64,000 nt of DNA. Source: Candidatus Micrarchaeia archaeon (lineage in GTDB: Archaea; Micrarchaeota; Micrarchaeia; CAILAH01). This document shows, in pieces, positions 38,582-48,395 of the stretch. Below the pieces are notes generated by a model. That model was not told the origin of the DNA and did no database searches. It was given only the letters and a program-made list of their open reading frames with translations. Position 1 is the first letter of the stretch; each line of letters begins with the position of its first letter. The DNA lies in contig JAVZCB010000001.1 in NCBI GenBank assembly GCA_038874595.1, forward strand, positions 132,397 through 196,396, read 5' to 3'. The position numbers and the translations under genes are program-made.

Positions 38582-38740
38582 TTAGCCAAATCCAAGGCCT
38601 TTTCCATATTTGCCTTTCAGGCAATTTATGCATACCCCTCCCTGTTGGTGGTGCATACACACGATTGCACCACACAGCCGGCACGTTATACACTTTGCGC
38701 ACGGCTTCCCGCAAATTGCACATATCCCATTAACTTCCAT
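38582..38740 (-). CDS. small Cys-rich protein (52 aa, 9 Cys), unannotated small ORF
   Basis: MEVNGICAICGKPCAKCITCRLCGAIVCMHHQQGGVCINCLKGKYGKGLGFG. Lies 9 bp after the ATPase stop and 63 bp before rbcL, on the same strand. Confidence 0.3.
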   Translation of the reverse strand: MEVNGICAICGKPCAKCITCRLCGAIVCMHHQQGGVCINCLKGKYGKGLGFG

Positions 38741-38749
38741 ATAATCACT

Positions 38750-39832
38750 TTATTCTTTTGTGAACAGCAGCCGCCACTTCTTAGTCAGGACATACTTGTG
38801 CGGCCTGTCCAGCGTCTTTGTGCACACCGGGTTGCGTAATCCTTTCCTGAACATCATATCAACATCTGTTTGGAGCATAAGCCTGCCAAGCTCCTTGGTA
38901 AGGCTGCCATATGAGATGCCAAGCTCTTTCTCAAGCTCCTGTGCAGTTTTAGGCTTTAGCAATGCCTTTATTATCATCTGCTGGTTGTCAGATAAGTTTC
39001 TGTATACCCAATCAATATCCTCGTCACCGTGCTCTGCAACAGGTTTCCCCGTGAGCAGGATCTCAAGGTCTGCTTTACCAAGCTCACGGTCGTACTTTTC
39101 ATCAACATAATACATGGCAGCATTTTGGCAGTTGATGAGGACTTCGCGCGGTATGTTCCCGGAAATTTTTGCAATATAGTCAAGTGCCTCATCTGCAAAT
39201 GGATATGTGCCACTTCCACCCACTGATTCGATTCGCTCACGCACCATATTTTTAAGGTCTTCCCTTAACGGGAGCGGGAATGGTATCTCACGCGAAACCC
39301 GGCCTTCCCTGAAAGAGCCCTTATAAATTTCATATGCTGAGAGTGGCTCAATACTGGTTGACACAATCGAAGAATGCGTCCTATCTTTTATTGTTGCAAG
39401 CAGGCTAGCCACATCTTCGCTTTTAAGCAGTCCCGCTTCATCTATCAGAAGAACAAGCGTTTTTTTGCCTATGATGGAGTTGATTTTATCGGTTATCCCT
39501 TTATTGCTTCCAACAAGCAGCTCTGAAATCCTCCAAAAGAAACCGCCTTCAGCTGCAAGCCTTTGTTTCAGGACCGTGAGAAACTCATCTTTACTTGTGA
39601 TTTCCCTAAAGTCAAAAAACACAGTTGCATATTTGCTTTTAGAGAGTGTGGCATCCAGGTAGTAAAGCAGGGAAGTTTTTCCAATGCCAGCTATGCCATA
39701 CGTGCTAACAACCGCGTTGGATTCAACATGTTTGCTCACTTCAGCTGCAAGCCGCTCAAAAACAAAAAAATCTGCACTAGGCCGGTAATCGAACGGATTC
39801 GCCCTCCAGCCTAGTGTGTGGTACCATGGCAT
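38750..39832 (-). CDS. archaeal P-loop ATPase (Arch_ATPase-like) with C-terminal winged helix
   Basis: Walker A GIAGIGKTSLL, Walker B LVLLIDEAG, C-terminal wHTH-like segment. Confidence 0.55.
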   Translation of the reverse strand: MPWYHTLGWRANPFDYRPSADFFVFERLAAEVSKHVESNAVVSTYGIAGIGKTSLLYYLDATLSKSKYATVFFDFREITSKDEFLTVLKQRLAAEGGFFWRISELLVGSNKGITDKINSIIGKKTLVLLIDEAGLLKSEDVASLLATIKDRTHSSIVSTSIEPLSAYEIYKGSFREGRVSREIPFPLPLREDLKNMVRERIESVGGSGTYPFADEALDYIAKISGNIPREVLINCQNAAMYYVDEKYDRELGKADLEILLTGKPVAEHGDEDIDWVYRNLSDNQQMIIKALLKPKTAQELEKELGISYGSLTKELGRLMLQTDVDMMFRKGLRNPVCTKTLDRPHKYVLTKKWRLLFTKE

Positions 39833-39847
39833 ATAAATTAACCTGCT

Positions 39848-40003
39848 AAGGCATCAGAACATCGAAGGTAACGTTGCCAACCCCCGCTTGACAACGTGTT
39901 TTCTAACGTTTATTATTACATCGTTGCCCCTTCCTTTCATTACGACCTCGACATTTTCAGGAACCTTCTTGAGAAGGTCTACATACCTCATGTTTATGCC
40001 CAT
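39848..40003 (-). CDS. small ORF (52 aa), hypothetical
   Basis: MGINMRYVDLLKKVPENVEVVMKGRGNDVIINVRKTRCQAGVGNVTFDVLMP. Below the ORF-track cutoff; immediately upstream of the ATPase on the same strand. Confidence 0.2.
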
Positions 40004-40210
40004 AGGAGCACCTCTTGTTCGGCAAATATATGTGCGCCATTATTTATAAACTTATGCCTGATTTGCCGAACTCAATTGTCGTAATACATCTGAGCCAATA
40101 ACCCTTTACCTTATAGGAACAAACGGAAACCTACCACCAAAACGGCAATATTTATTTGAAAACCAATTACTATTGAATTGGAGCATTGCCTGCGGTAGCG
40201 GGTAACAGGA

Positions 40211-40489
40211 GTGGTGGCTATGATAGAGGATGAGCTTATCCATTGGTGGAAAGATGATGCAGGGGAGCAGCACAGGACAATATTGCGCCTTGAGAGTGAG
40301 GAGCCACAAATCGCCAGTAATTTTCCACGTGATGGGAAAGTTGTTGTGCGCCTGATAAATACGGTGAGCTCACAGGCGATTAAGCTCAGCCCGGAAGAAG
40401 CGCTTAGGGTTAGCACACAGATGATGAGTATTGCAAAGGAGCTATTGAATCAAAAAAGGGACCTTTGGAAACGCATTGATGATGCATAA
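40211..40489 (+). CDS. hypothetical protein
   Basis: 92 aa; no motif. Confidence 0.25.
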   Translation: MVAMIEDELIHWWKDDAGEQHRTILRLESEEPQIASNFPRDGKVVVRLINTVSSQAIKLSPEEALRVSTQMMSIAKELLNQKRDLWKRIDDA

Positions 40490-40561
40490 GGGAACTCAAG
40501 TGCATTTTAGAGATAGCAAAACACTCCCTGCTTTTAATTATTCTTTGCTAAAAATATAAAC

Positions 40562-43168
40562 ATGCATTTAGATAAGATGCAGAGCGGGCTTACAACAGCT
40601 CAAGCGAAAGAGCTACTTAGCAAATACGGCCCGAATGAGCTTGTAAAGCCTGAAGAAAACAAAGACCTTAAGATTCTACTCAGGCAGATAACCCAGAACC
40701 CAATCATATACATTCTCTGCGCGGCTGCAGTCATATCTTATTTTTCTGAGGAGTTCATAAACACTTATATAATTCTCTTTGTTATTGCGTATGTAATCAT
40801 CCTTGGGTTTTATCAGGAACGGAAAGCTGATAAGGCGATGGCTGCCCTTAAGGCAATGATAAAACCTGAAACGAGGGTATTGCGTGATGGGAAAGTAACC
40901 ACTGTAGAAGTGAGGGAAATTGTGCCTGGTGATGTTCTTGTTTTGGAAATGGGCGATAACATTGGGGCAGATGCGCGCGTATTCAATTCCCTTGGGTTGA
41001 GGGTAGATGAGGCTGCGCTTACTGGTGAATCCGTACCAGTAAACAAATCTGATGGTGATATGATTTATGCAGGCACACAGGTTGTTTATGGCAAATGCTA
41101 TGCAGTTGTTGAGAGGACAGGTATGGCCACCCGTCTTGGTGAGATTGCCAAATTAATAGAGGCACACGAAGAAGAGACACCGCTTCAAGCTAAGATTAAC
41201 GTGCTCGTAAGGAAGTTTGCGCTGTTTACGCTTGCACTAATGGCCCTAATGTTTATCATCGGGCTTTTAACCCCAGGTACAAGCATTTCACATTTGCTTG
41301 TGCTTACGCTTGCGCTTGCGGTTGCCTCTGTCCCTGAAGGGCTTCCCCTGGTGCTTACAACTACATTGGCTCTTGGTATGAACTGGCTTGCAAAAAGAAA
41401 CGCTATTGTGAGGCGGCTTTCAGCCGTTGAGACACTCGGTTCCGTTACGGTGATATGCACAGATAAGACAGGGACAATGACAAAGAATGAGATGGTTGTG
41501 GAGAAGGTGTTTTTTGACGGCAAGCTGTATGATGTCAGCGGGTCCGGTTATGAGCCGGTTGGAAAAATTATGCTTAACGGAAAAAAAGTGACAAATAGCG
41601 CACTTAACCCCCTCAAGCCAATGATGCGTGCCGCAGTGCTCTGCAATAACAGCAATATAGAGAAAAAGGATGGCAAGTGGCGCGTTGTTGGTGACCCTAC
41701 TGAAGGTGCGCTGATTTCACTTGCTGCCAAGTGCGGAATTTTCAAGGCCGAGCTTGATAAAAAGTACCCAAAAATCAAGGAGAATTTCTTCACTTCTGAG
41801 CGTAAGATGATGAGCACAATGCATAAAGTGGATGGCAAAACTGTTGCTTATGTCAAAGGCGCACCAGAGGTGCTGTTATCAAAGAGTACACACATTGTGC
41901 GCAACGGTAAGGTCAGAAAGATCACAAGCACAGATATGTATGAGATAAGGAAAACGCTTGATGAATTTGGCAAAAGCTCACTGCGTGTCCTTGGGCTTGC
42001 ATACAAGGAAGTTAAGAGGGCAGAGCATTCCTGTGATATTGAGACCAATCTCATATTCTACGGGCTTGTTGGAATGGCTGACCCGCTCAGGGAAGGCGTT
42101 GTTGAATCGGTTGCTGCGTGCAAGGAGGGGGGAATACGTGTGATGATGATTACAGGTGATAACCCTGAAACTGCCCGCACAGTCGCTATAAAGGCAGGGA
42201 TTATTACACCTGAGTCCAGGGTTGTCACTGGCGCTGAGCTGGACAAGATGAGCGATGATGAGCTTGTGCAGGTCGTTCGCGAGGTTAATGTATATGCCAG
42301 AACATATCCAGAACACAAGCTGAAAATAGTTGAAGTGCTGCGTGCCGATAATAATATAGTTGCGATGACAGGAGATGGTGTTAACGATGCACCTGCGCTT
42401 AAGAAGGCAGATATAGGGGTAGCGATGGGGATAAAGGGCACGGATGTGTCAAAAGAGGCAAGTGATGTTGTGCTTACTGATGATAATTTTGTTACACTTG
42501 TTGAGGCTATAAGGGGCGGGCGCAGCATATTTGAAAATGTGCAGAAAACAACTGCCTTTATTGTTTCCAGGAATTACGCAATGGTTTTCCTTCTGCTTAT
42601 AGCAACAGTCCTGGTAGGTGTTGAGTATTCTCCACTTCTGGCGCTTCAGATTTTATTCATAAACCTGATCGATGAGGAGATTCCTGCGGTTGTGCTCTCG
42701 CTTGACCCGCCAAGAAAAGGAATAATGCAAGCAAAGCCAAGAAACCCTAAGGAAGGGCTATTGCCACCTCGCCTGCTCGTGCTCATGTTTAGCCTTGCAA
42801 TATTCACGGCATTCATAATATATGCGGTGTTTGCCTACTATGACCCGATAAACAACCTAGATATTGCGCGCACAACAGCGTTTGGGGCAGTTGTCCTTAC
42901 TGTTATATTCAATGCGGCTAGTTTCAAATCACTTCACGAGCCACTTTCGATAGGAGATATCTTATCAAGCAAACTTCTACTTCTATCACTTGTGTTTTCA
43001 CTGCTTGCAGCTGGGCTGATAGTATACACCCCAACTTTGCAAGGCCTTTTTAGTACGGTTGCATTGCCACTTGAAAACCTTGCGGTAATTCTCTTTGTAG
43101 GCATTGCAACAATGGTGTTTATGGAATGCGGGAAATTCATACTAAAAACAGGCACGCAATTAAATTAG
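40562..43168 (+). CDS. P2-type cation-transporting ATPase (Ca2+/cation pump family)
   Basis: CTDKTGTMT, KGAPE, MITGDN, TGDGVNDAPALKKADIG; 868 aa with ~10 TM helices. Confidence 0.85.
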   Translation: MHLDKMQSGLTTAQAKELLSKYGPNELVKPEENKDLKILLRQITQNPIIYILCAAAVISYFSEEFINTYIILFVIAYVIILGFYQERKADKAMAALKAMIKPETRVLRDGKVTTVEVREIVPGDVLVLEMGDNIGADARVFNSLGLRVDEAALTGESVPVNKSDGDMIYAGTQVVYGKCYAVVERTGMATRLGEIAKLIEAHEEETPLQAKINVLVRKFALFTLALMALMFIIGLLTPGTSISHLLVLTLALAVASVPEGLPLVLTTTLALGMNWLAKRNAIVRRLSAVETLGSVTVICTDKTGTMTKNEMVVEKVFFDGKLYDVSGSGYEPVGKIMLNGKKVTNSALNPLKPMMRAAVLCNNSNIEKKDGKWRVVGDPTEGALISLAAKCGIFKAELDKKYPKIKENFFTSERKMMSTMHKVDGKTVAYVKGAPEVLLSKSTHIVRNGKVRKITSTDMYEIRKTLDEFGKSSLRVLGLAYKEVKRAEHSCDIETNLIFYGLVGMADPLREGVVESVAACKEGGIRVMMITGDNPETARTVAIKAGIITPESRVVTGAELDKMSDDELVQVVREVNVYARTYPEHKLKIVEVLRADNNIVAMTGDGVNDAPALKKADIGVAMGIKGTDVSKEASDVVLTDDNFVTLVEAIRGGRSIFENVQKTTAFIVSRNYAMVFLLLIATVLVGVEYSPLLALQILFINLIDEEIPAVVLSLDPPRKGIMQAKPRNPKEGLLPPRLLVLMFSLAIFTAFIIYAVFAYYDPINNLDIARTTAFGAVVLTVIFNAASFKSLHEPLSIGDILSSKLLLLSLVFSLLAAGLIVYTPTLQGLFSTVALPLENLAVILFVGIATMVFMECGKFILKTGTQLN

Positions 43169-43222
43169 CTTAGTGCTTTTTTTACTTTTGAGAAGCCCTT
43201 ATCAATCTGAAGACCAAATCAG

Positions 43223-44794
43223 TTAGTGTTTTTTTATTAAGCCCGCTAGTCTTTTTAGCATCCAAATAATCCATAACCTAGCAGCACTCGTTTTCTGTTT
43301 CTGTCTTTTTCTGGCTGCCTTATCAAATGCAAATATAACCTCCGCCAAATTACGTCTATTTTTTTGTGGGTAGGCTGCCCTCAAATTACACTTGTTTTGA
43401 GAATTATGTGTGTTTCCTGCGTCATAACCACCCTTTTCTTTGTGCAGCCTACGGCTTGTCGAACTCTTACAGCCCAGTTCGGCAATTATTCTTTTTATGA
43501 GGTATAGCTGCGTTTTAGTTGCATCTGCACGGCCATGGCACATTAATTTACTTTTATTACTCCCGTGTTTGCCCGAAACAGCGTGCAACGATTCAGTTGT
43601 TAACCTCATCAAAACTCTTTCAAGAGGTTTTGGTAATGGGCGCGCACGCGCCTTTACTGCTGGGCTATTAATCTCTCTTTTTAGGATGATTGGCCCTTTT
43701 GTCGAACTATAAGATTGTTGTTCGGCAGGATATATTTCTCTTTGTTTTGCAAGCAAAGGTTTATTATGTGCTACAAACGAACGCTTACCAAGTATAGAAA
43801 TGCGATTGCTTATATCCAGAGCATATGTATTATTGGTCGTATCTCTTTTAGATTTTATAACGCGGATCGTGTTACAAGCAGTATCCTTATGTTCTACATT
43901 TGGGTGCTGCTGAGCTTCAACATAATTATTCATTAATGCAAAATCGCGGATTTTCTCGCTTGAGCTTGCATTATGCTCTTGCGGCCGTGCCTTATTCTCA
44001 ATCAAGCAAATCTGCGTTGTACTACCATCAACTTTAGGAGTTTGATTGCCCAAAGCCCTGATAACCAATAAGCCTTTTTGTGAAGTATTTTCAAGTGTGC
44101 CTGTTATGATTTCATTTCCACACATACTTTCCAGTTTGTTATTGGGCTTTGGTATCCTACAAGTAGTATCTTCCTTCAACAATCTTGGCAAGCCAGCGGT
44201 CCCACAGCATAAGCCAGCAAACACAAGGCCGCTACCTATACTGGCAGTACCATCAACTGGAAAATGCATTATCTCATGCGATGAAAATGTAATATTTAAG
44301 CAATCTCTCATAGACTTATCAAAAGGTGAGGTGCACGATGCACACAGCTGGTTGTCCTCAGTTTTCTTTGGTTTAAGCAGGTTTCCCAGGAGTAGCTTGA
44401 CTTTGAGCATGAGCGGTACTCTTATATCATCAAGAAAAGGGTCATACTGCATTCTCAGCTCAAATTCGCTTGTCACCGCAATGTTTTGAAACCCAAGAAA
44501 GAAAGGGCTTGAGCTTGCAGCAACGTACGGAAGCATATTGTTTATGTATCCCTGAATGCCCCCGTTTGTATCCTCACGTATTCTGATACGTTTACCTGAT
44601 ATGCTAGTTATCCACGTGCCAAACTCATTGCTTTTCAGAGTGACATCAAAATTCCTTGATATGAGGTCCAGGAGGTTTTCCCCGTACTTTGCATATAACG
44701 TATAATGCTCCGTAAATCCCAGTTTATCCCTGAGTAGCAGCTTTATTGGAATCCTTCTGCCCGTTTGTGGCTGTGATGCTAGTGAACTCTTCAT
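43223..44794 (-). CDS. large hypothetical protein with a basic, low-complexity C-terminal half
   Basis: 523-aa uninterrupted frame; N-terminal segment FGTWITSISGKRIRIREDTNGGIQGYINN is weakly DUF4430-like; the C-terminus is K/R/S/T-rich. Confidence 0.35.
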   Translation of the reverse strand: MKSSLASQPQTGRRIPIKLLLRDKLGFTEHYTLYAKYGENLLDLISRNFDVTLKSNEFGTWITSISGKRIRIREDTNGGIQGYINNMLPYVAASSSPFFLGFQNIAVTSEFELRMQYDPFLDDIRVPLMLKVKLLLGNLLKPKKTEDNQLCASCTSPFDKSMRDCLNITFSSHEIMHFPVDGTASIGSGLVFAGLCCGTAGLPRLLKEDTTCRIPKPNNKLESMCGNEIITGTLENTSQKGLLVIRALGNQTPKVDGSTTQICLIENKARPQEHNASSSEKIRDFALMNNYVEAQQHPNVEHKDTACNTIRVIKSKRDTTNNTYALDISNRISILGKRSFVAHNKPLLAKQREIYPAEQQSYSSTKGPIILKREINSPAVKARARPLPKPLERVLMRLTTESLHAVSGKHGSNKSKLMCHGRADATKTQLYLIKRIIAELGCKSSTSRRLHKEKGGYDAGNTHNSQNKCNLRAAYPQKNRRNLAEVIFAFDKAARKRQKQKTSAARLWIIWMLKRLAGLIKKH

Positions 44795-44848
44795 TTGCCC
44801 TATTCAGCAATTAAATTGTTATAAGCTTGCTTATAGTTATAATCAAGT

Positions 44849-45286
44849 ATGGATGAAGAGCGGTCCGCGGGAGCTGTTATTTTTTACAGGAATCCCCGGG
44901 ATGGTAATATAGAATACCTGCTGCTTCATTATGAGGAGGGGCACTGGGATTTTCCAAAAGGGCATATAGAAAAAGGTGAAAAGCCGCTTGATACAATGTT
45001 CCGTGAGGTCAAAGAAGAGACCGGCCTTGATGTTGAGCCAGTGTTTGGGTTTGTGGAAAAGATAGATTATGTTTTCAGGGCGCGCTATGATAATGGTAAC
45101 TTGAAACACAAAGTTGTCGAGTATTTTCTTGCCTCAGCACCAAAAAAGAAAGTTTCCCTGTCCAACGAGCATATTGATTATAAATGGTTACCTTATGAAC
45201 TGGCACTTAAACAACTTACACACGATAACTCGCGCAAGGTGCTTAGGGCCGCTGATACATTTTTAAGGTCTATTTACAACAAATAA
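44849..45286 (+). CDS. Nudix hydrolase
   Basis: Nudix box GHIEKGEKPLDTMFREVKEETGL. Confidence 0.8.
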   Translation: MDEERSAGAVIFYRNPRDGNIEYLLLHYEEGHWDFPKGHIEKGEKPLDTMFREVKEETGLDVEPVFGFVEKIDYVFRARYDNGNLKHKVVEYFLASAPKKKVSLSNEHIDYKWLPYELALKQLTHDNSRKVLRAADTFLRSIYNK

Positions 45287-45301
45287 GCACGGTGTTTTAT
45301 T

Positions 45302-45619
45302 ATGGTCGATGAGCTCAATTCACAGAGTTTTGATACTGCAATAAAAGATGGGAAATTTGTGCTTGTAGATTTTTGGGCACCCTGGTGTGGCCCATGCAGG
45401 GCAGTTGCACCGATAGTTGAAAAGATTGCAGAGATATATTCAGGCAAACTCAAAGTATACAAAGTGAATGTTGATGAGGCGCCAGAGCTCGCACAGCGTT
45501 TTGGCGTTATGGGTATACCATCTTTGATGCTGTTTAAAGATGGCCAGCTTAAAGATAAGATAGTAGGTGCAATGCCTCTTGAAGGCCTAAGGAAGTTCAT
45601 TGACAAGAATCTACAATAG
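45302..45619 (+). CDS. trxA: thioredoxin
   Basis: WAPWCGPCR active site; 105 aa. Confidence 0.85.
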   Translation: MVDELNSQSFDTAIKDGKFVLVDFWAPWCGPCRAVAPIVEKIAEIYSGKLKVYKVNVDEAPELAQRFGVMGIPSLMLFKDGQLKDKIVGAMPLEGLRKFIDKNLQ

Positions 45620-45666
45620 GGCGGATTTGAAAATGTTTATAAATATGTACAGTTCCTTTTACCCGC

Positions 45667-46251
45667 ATGGTTGAAAGTAACACCAAAAAGCCAGGATTGC
45701 TTGCAAAGCTGAAGAAGCTCTTTGCTAGGGATGATGCAAAAGAGGCCAGTGGCGCGGCAAGCGACCGCACCAAAACACTTAATCAAATGAAAGCAGATGC
45801 TGACACGCTTATACAGAAAAGACAAACCGATGTAGAAGAGGCATATAATACCGTGCCTTCCTCAATCAATAGTAAGGATTCCTGGGGTAGATCCTTCTCA
45901 GGCATTCATGAGATATATAGAAAGCACACCCCTTTTGGTATAGTTAAGACTAACGGCAGGGAGATTGAGATAGAGCATTTTGACTTGAGCCTGCTTGAAT
46001 TGATCAAGCAACATAAATTGATACCGCTGTTCGAAAACATAAATAATCATTCGATAATTGGGTATTACGAAATAAACATTGCAACTTTACGGGTCTCTAA
46101 TGCGCACAAATTTACAAAAGAGGGTAAGGAACACGCGTTTGGTATCCTGCGCGCAAGCATAAGCAAGAGCGCTTATGAAGGTAGAATGTCTGAAAAGGAC
46201 CTTCTCGAAATAGATACGCTCATGCTGAAGCTTGAAAAATACAAAAAATAG
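45667..46251 (+). CDS. hypothetical protein
   Basis: 194 aa; no motif. Confidence 0.3.
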   Translation: MVESNTKKPGLLAKLKKLFARDDAKEASGAASDRTKTLNQMKADADTLIQKRQTDVEEAYNTVPSSINSKDSWGRSFSGIHEIYRKHTPFGIVKTNGREIEIEHFDLSLLELIKQHKLIPLFENINNHSIIGYYEINIATLRVSNAHKFTKEGKEHAFGILRASISKSAYEGRMSEKDLLEIDTLMLKLEKYKK

Positions 46252-46263
46252 TTTTTTTATCTT

Positions 46264-46746
46264 TTATTGCTTATTTTCTGACAGCATAACGGCAATCTCC
46301 TTTAAAGGTCCTTCGCATTTTGACAGTAGGTATTTCTGGTCAATGTCATTGTTCTTAATATCTTTTATATCAAGGTCAGTAAATGCACATATCCCATCTG
46401 CACCCTCCAGGCCCTGTGCAAACATTTGATATTGTGGTGGGAGCTGTGAGGTATCAATACTAACCACTTTTAAGTAAACTATGCACTCATCATTTACCGA
46501 GCGCCCTCTTATTTCTGCATGTACCTGTGTCCCGTTAATTACAGTGTCAAACTGCGACGGCACACATTCACCAAAATTGTTATTCATACACTCTATTGAA
46601 TTGCACACCTCAAATTGTGCCGGGTTCTTTAATTGATACCTTTGATTTCCAAACCCGGCTTCCTGCCATCCATTGCCGCATATCCCACACATACCTACCA
46701 GAAGCAGTAAAGGAATTGCTATAATTGCCTTTTCCATATGATTCAA
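46264..46746 (-). CDS. secreted/lipoprotein-like hypothetical protein
   Basis: Signal peptide with CGICGN; Cys-containing mature part. Confidence 0.3.
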   Translation of the reverse strand: MNHMEKAIIAIPLLLLVGMCGICGNGWQEAGFGNQRYQLKNPAQFEVCNSIECMNNNFGECVPSQFDTVINGTQVHAEIRGRSVNDECIVYLKVVSIDTSQLPPQYQMFAQGLEGADGICAFTDLDIKDIKNNDIDQKYLLSKCEGPLKEIAVMLSENKQ

Positions 46747-46764
46747 TTTTACGTTAAAGCTTAA

Positions 46765-47436
46765 ATGCTTGCAGTTCTCAATAGCACCATGCTTGACACA
46801 GAAACAAAGGATGAAATAAGAAAACGGCTTTCTGCTATGCGGAATGAGGTTGAGATACTGTTTTTTCCCGGTCCCGATGAGAACTCAATACGCTTACACG
46901 AGCTATTAGCTGAACTTAGCGGTATCACACCAAAACTTAAAGTTGTATTTTATGATGAAACTGCACCCGAGACCGCCAGCTTTTCAATACAAAACGTCCC
47001 TGTGATGGTATTCCGCGGGCCGGGCATAAAAGGAGACGCAAGATTTTATGGGTTCCCAGGAGGCCTCGAATTTCCTATGTTTATAGAGTTTATAGCGCTT
47101 GCAGGAAGTACAGAACGCACAGGGCCGCTAACAGGCGTTATACCTCTTGTGAAGGATACGCTTCTTGTGGAATCACTTGTCTCCCCAACGTGTCACTTCT
47201 GCCCTACGGCAGCATATCTTACACTTAAGCTTGCAACGATGGGTGAGCATATCAAAGGGTATGTGTATGAGATACAAGAATTCCCGCACCTTGCACAGAA
47301 ATACCAGGTCCAGGCAGTTCCAAGGACTATAATAAATGAGGGAAAGCTGGATATACGCGGTGCACAGCCTGAGGATGTTCTCGCAATGCTCATTAAGAAG
47401 ATGCTTACAGGGCAGCTTAACACAAATAACAACTAA
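46765..47436 (+). CDS. glutaredoxin-like protein disulfide oxidoreductase (two thioredoxin-fold units; only the second keeps CxxC)
   Basis: SPTCHFCP active site in the second unit; the first unit has the fold spacing but no CxxC. Confidence 0.5.
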   Translation: MLAVLNSTMLDTETKDEIRKRLSAMRNEVEILFFPGPDENSIRLHELLAELSGITPKLKVVFYDETAPETASFSIQNVPVMVFRGPGIKGDARFYGFPGGLEFPMFIEFIALAGSTERTGPLTGVIPLVKDTLLVESLVSPTCHFCPTAAYLTLKLATMGEHIKGYVYEIQEFPHLAQKYQVQAVPRTIINEGKLDIRGAQPEDVLAMLIKKMLTGQLNTNNN

Positions 47437-47491
47437 AATGCAACTGCGCTGGATTCATTACATGTTCAACACCCAAATGTGTTATGTTTAG

Positions 47492-48382
47492 CTACTCCAG
47501 TTTAAGTATGTCATTTATTTGCTCAACACTTTTACAATGACTTATTTTTTCTCTGATATCTGCGGCACCGCCAAAACCTCTTATTATCTGCAGTGCCTTT
47601 TGCCGTATATCATTCACATTGCAAGTGCCAAGCTGATTGCATACTTCAATATACTCCCTAATAGTATCTAGGCAATCGCCTTTTTCGCGCGCCATTAAAT
47701 TCGAAAAGCATTTCGGATTGCCCATTGCGGCCCGCCCGATCATAAATGCATCACAGTATCCATCTTTAATTTTTTCTTCACCATCTTTCCTGCAAGTTAG
47801 GTCACCGTTCCCAACTAAAGGCACATCAACAGCATCTTTTACACATCGGATCTCCTCCCAATCAGCTTTTCCAGAGTACCCTTGCTTTGGTGTTCGCCCG
47901 TGCACAGTAATAAAATCAATACCCTCCTCAGCAATCGCTCTTGCAAACGCAATCGTTTCTTCGTGTGCCCCAGCAAGCCGCATCTTAATCGAAAGAACTT
48001 TAATCCCTGCACGCATTTGCCTTATAATATCAGCCACAGTATCCGGGGACTTAAGAAGCGCACTACCTGCACCTGGCTCACATACTCTATAAGACGGGCA
48101 ACCGCAGTTTAAATCAACCCATTTCAGCGAAGGAAATTTTTGTAATAACACATCCAGTGCAATTTTGAAATCGGCTGGGCGCGCCCCAAACAGCTGTATA
48201 CCATCATCAAACTCAGGGCTGTAATCAATCTTCTCCGCATAGCGAGGATTACGTGCGATAGCGGTCGCACTTACAAGAGGTACAACCACCAAATCAGCAC
48301 CGTACTTTTTGCAGAGTTTCCTAAAAGGTGCCGTTGTATACTCGCTCAACGGTGCAAGAATCGCCTTGTTTTTTATATTCAT
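47492..48382 (-). CDS. dus: tRNA-dihydrouridine synthase
   Basis: ILAPLSEYTTAPFR, DLNCGCP (catalytic Cys), HGRT. Start moved to MNIKNK, so the gene does not overlap mutL. Confidence 0.8.
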   Translation of the reverse strand: MNIKNKAILAPLSEYTTAPFRKLCKKYGADLVVVPLVSATAIARNPRYAEKIDYSPEFDDGIQLFGARPADFKIALDVLLQKFPSLKWVDLNCGCPSYRVCEPGAGSALLKSPDTVADIIRQMRAGIKVLSIKMRLAGAHEETIAFARAIAEEGIDFITVHGRTPKQGYSGKADWEEIRCVKDAVDVPLVGNGDLTCRKDGEEKIKDGYCDAFMIGRAAMGNPKCFSNLMAREKGDCLDTIREYIEVCNQLGTCNVNDIRQKALQIIRGFGGAADIREKISHCKSVEQINDILKLE

Positions 48383-48395
48383 TATGCACACCAAA

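Noticed and set aside
38645-38839. 64-aa plus-strand ORF upstream of rbcL.
   Set aside because: It is antisense to the better-supported 52-aa Cys-rich minus-strand ORF and runs into the ATPase gene end.
43223-44794. Interpretation as a transposase or integrated mobile element.
   Set aside because: There are no terminal inverted repeats or target duplications at the borders, and no DDE or HUH motifs were seen. It is kept as a hypothetical protein.
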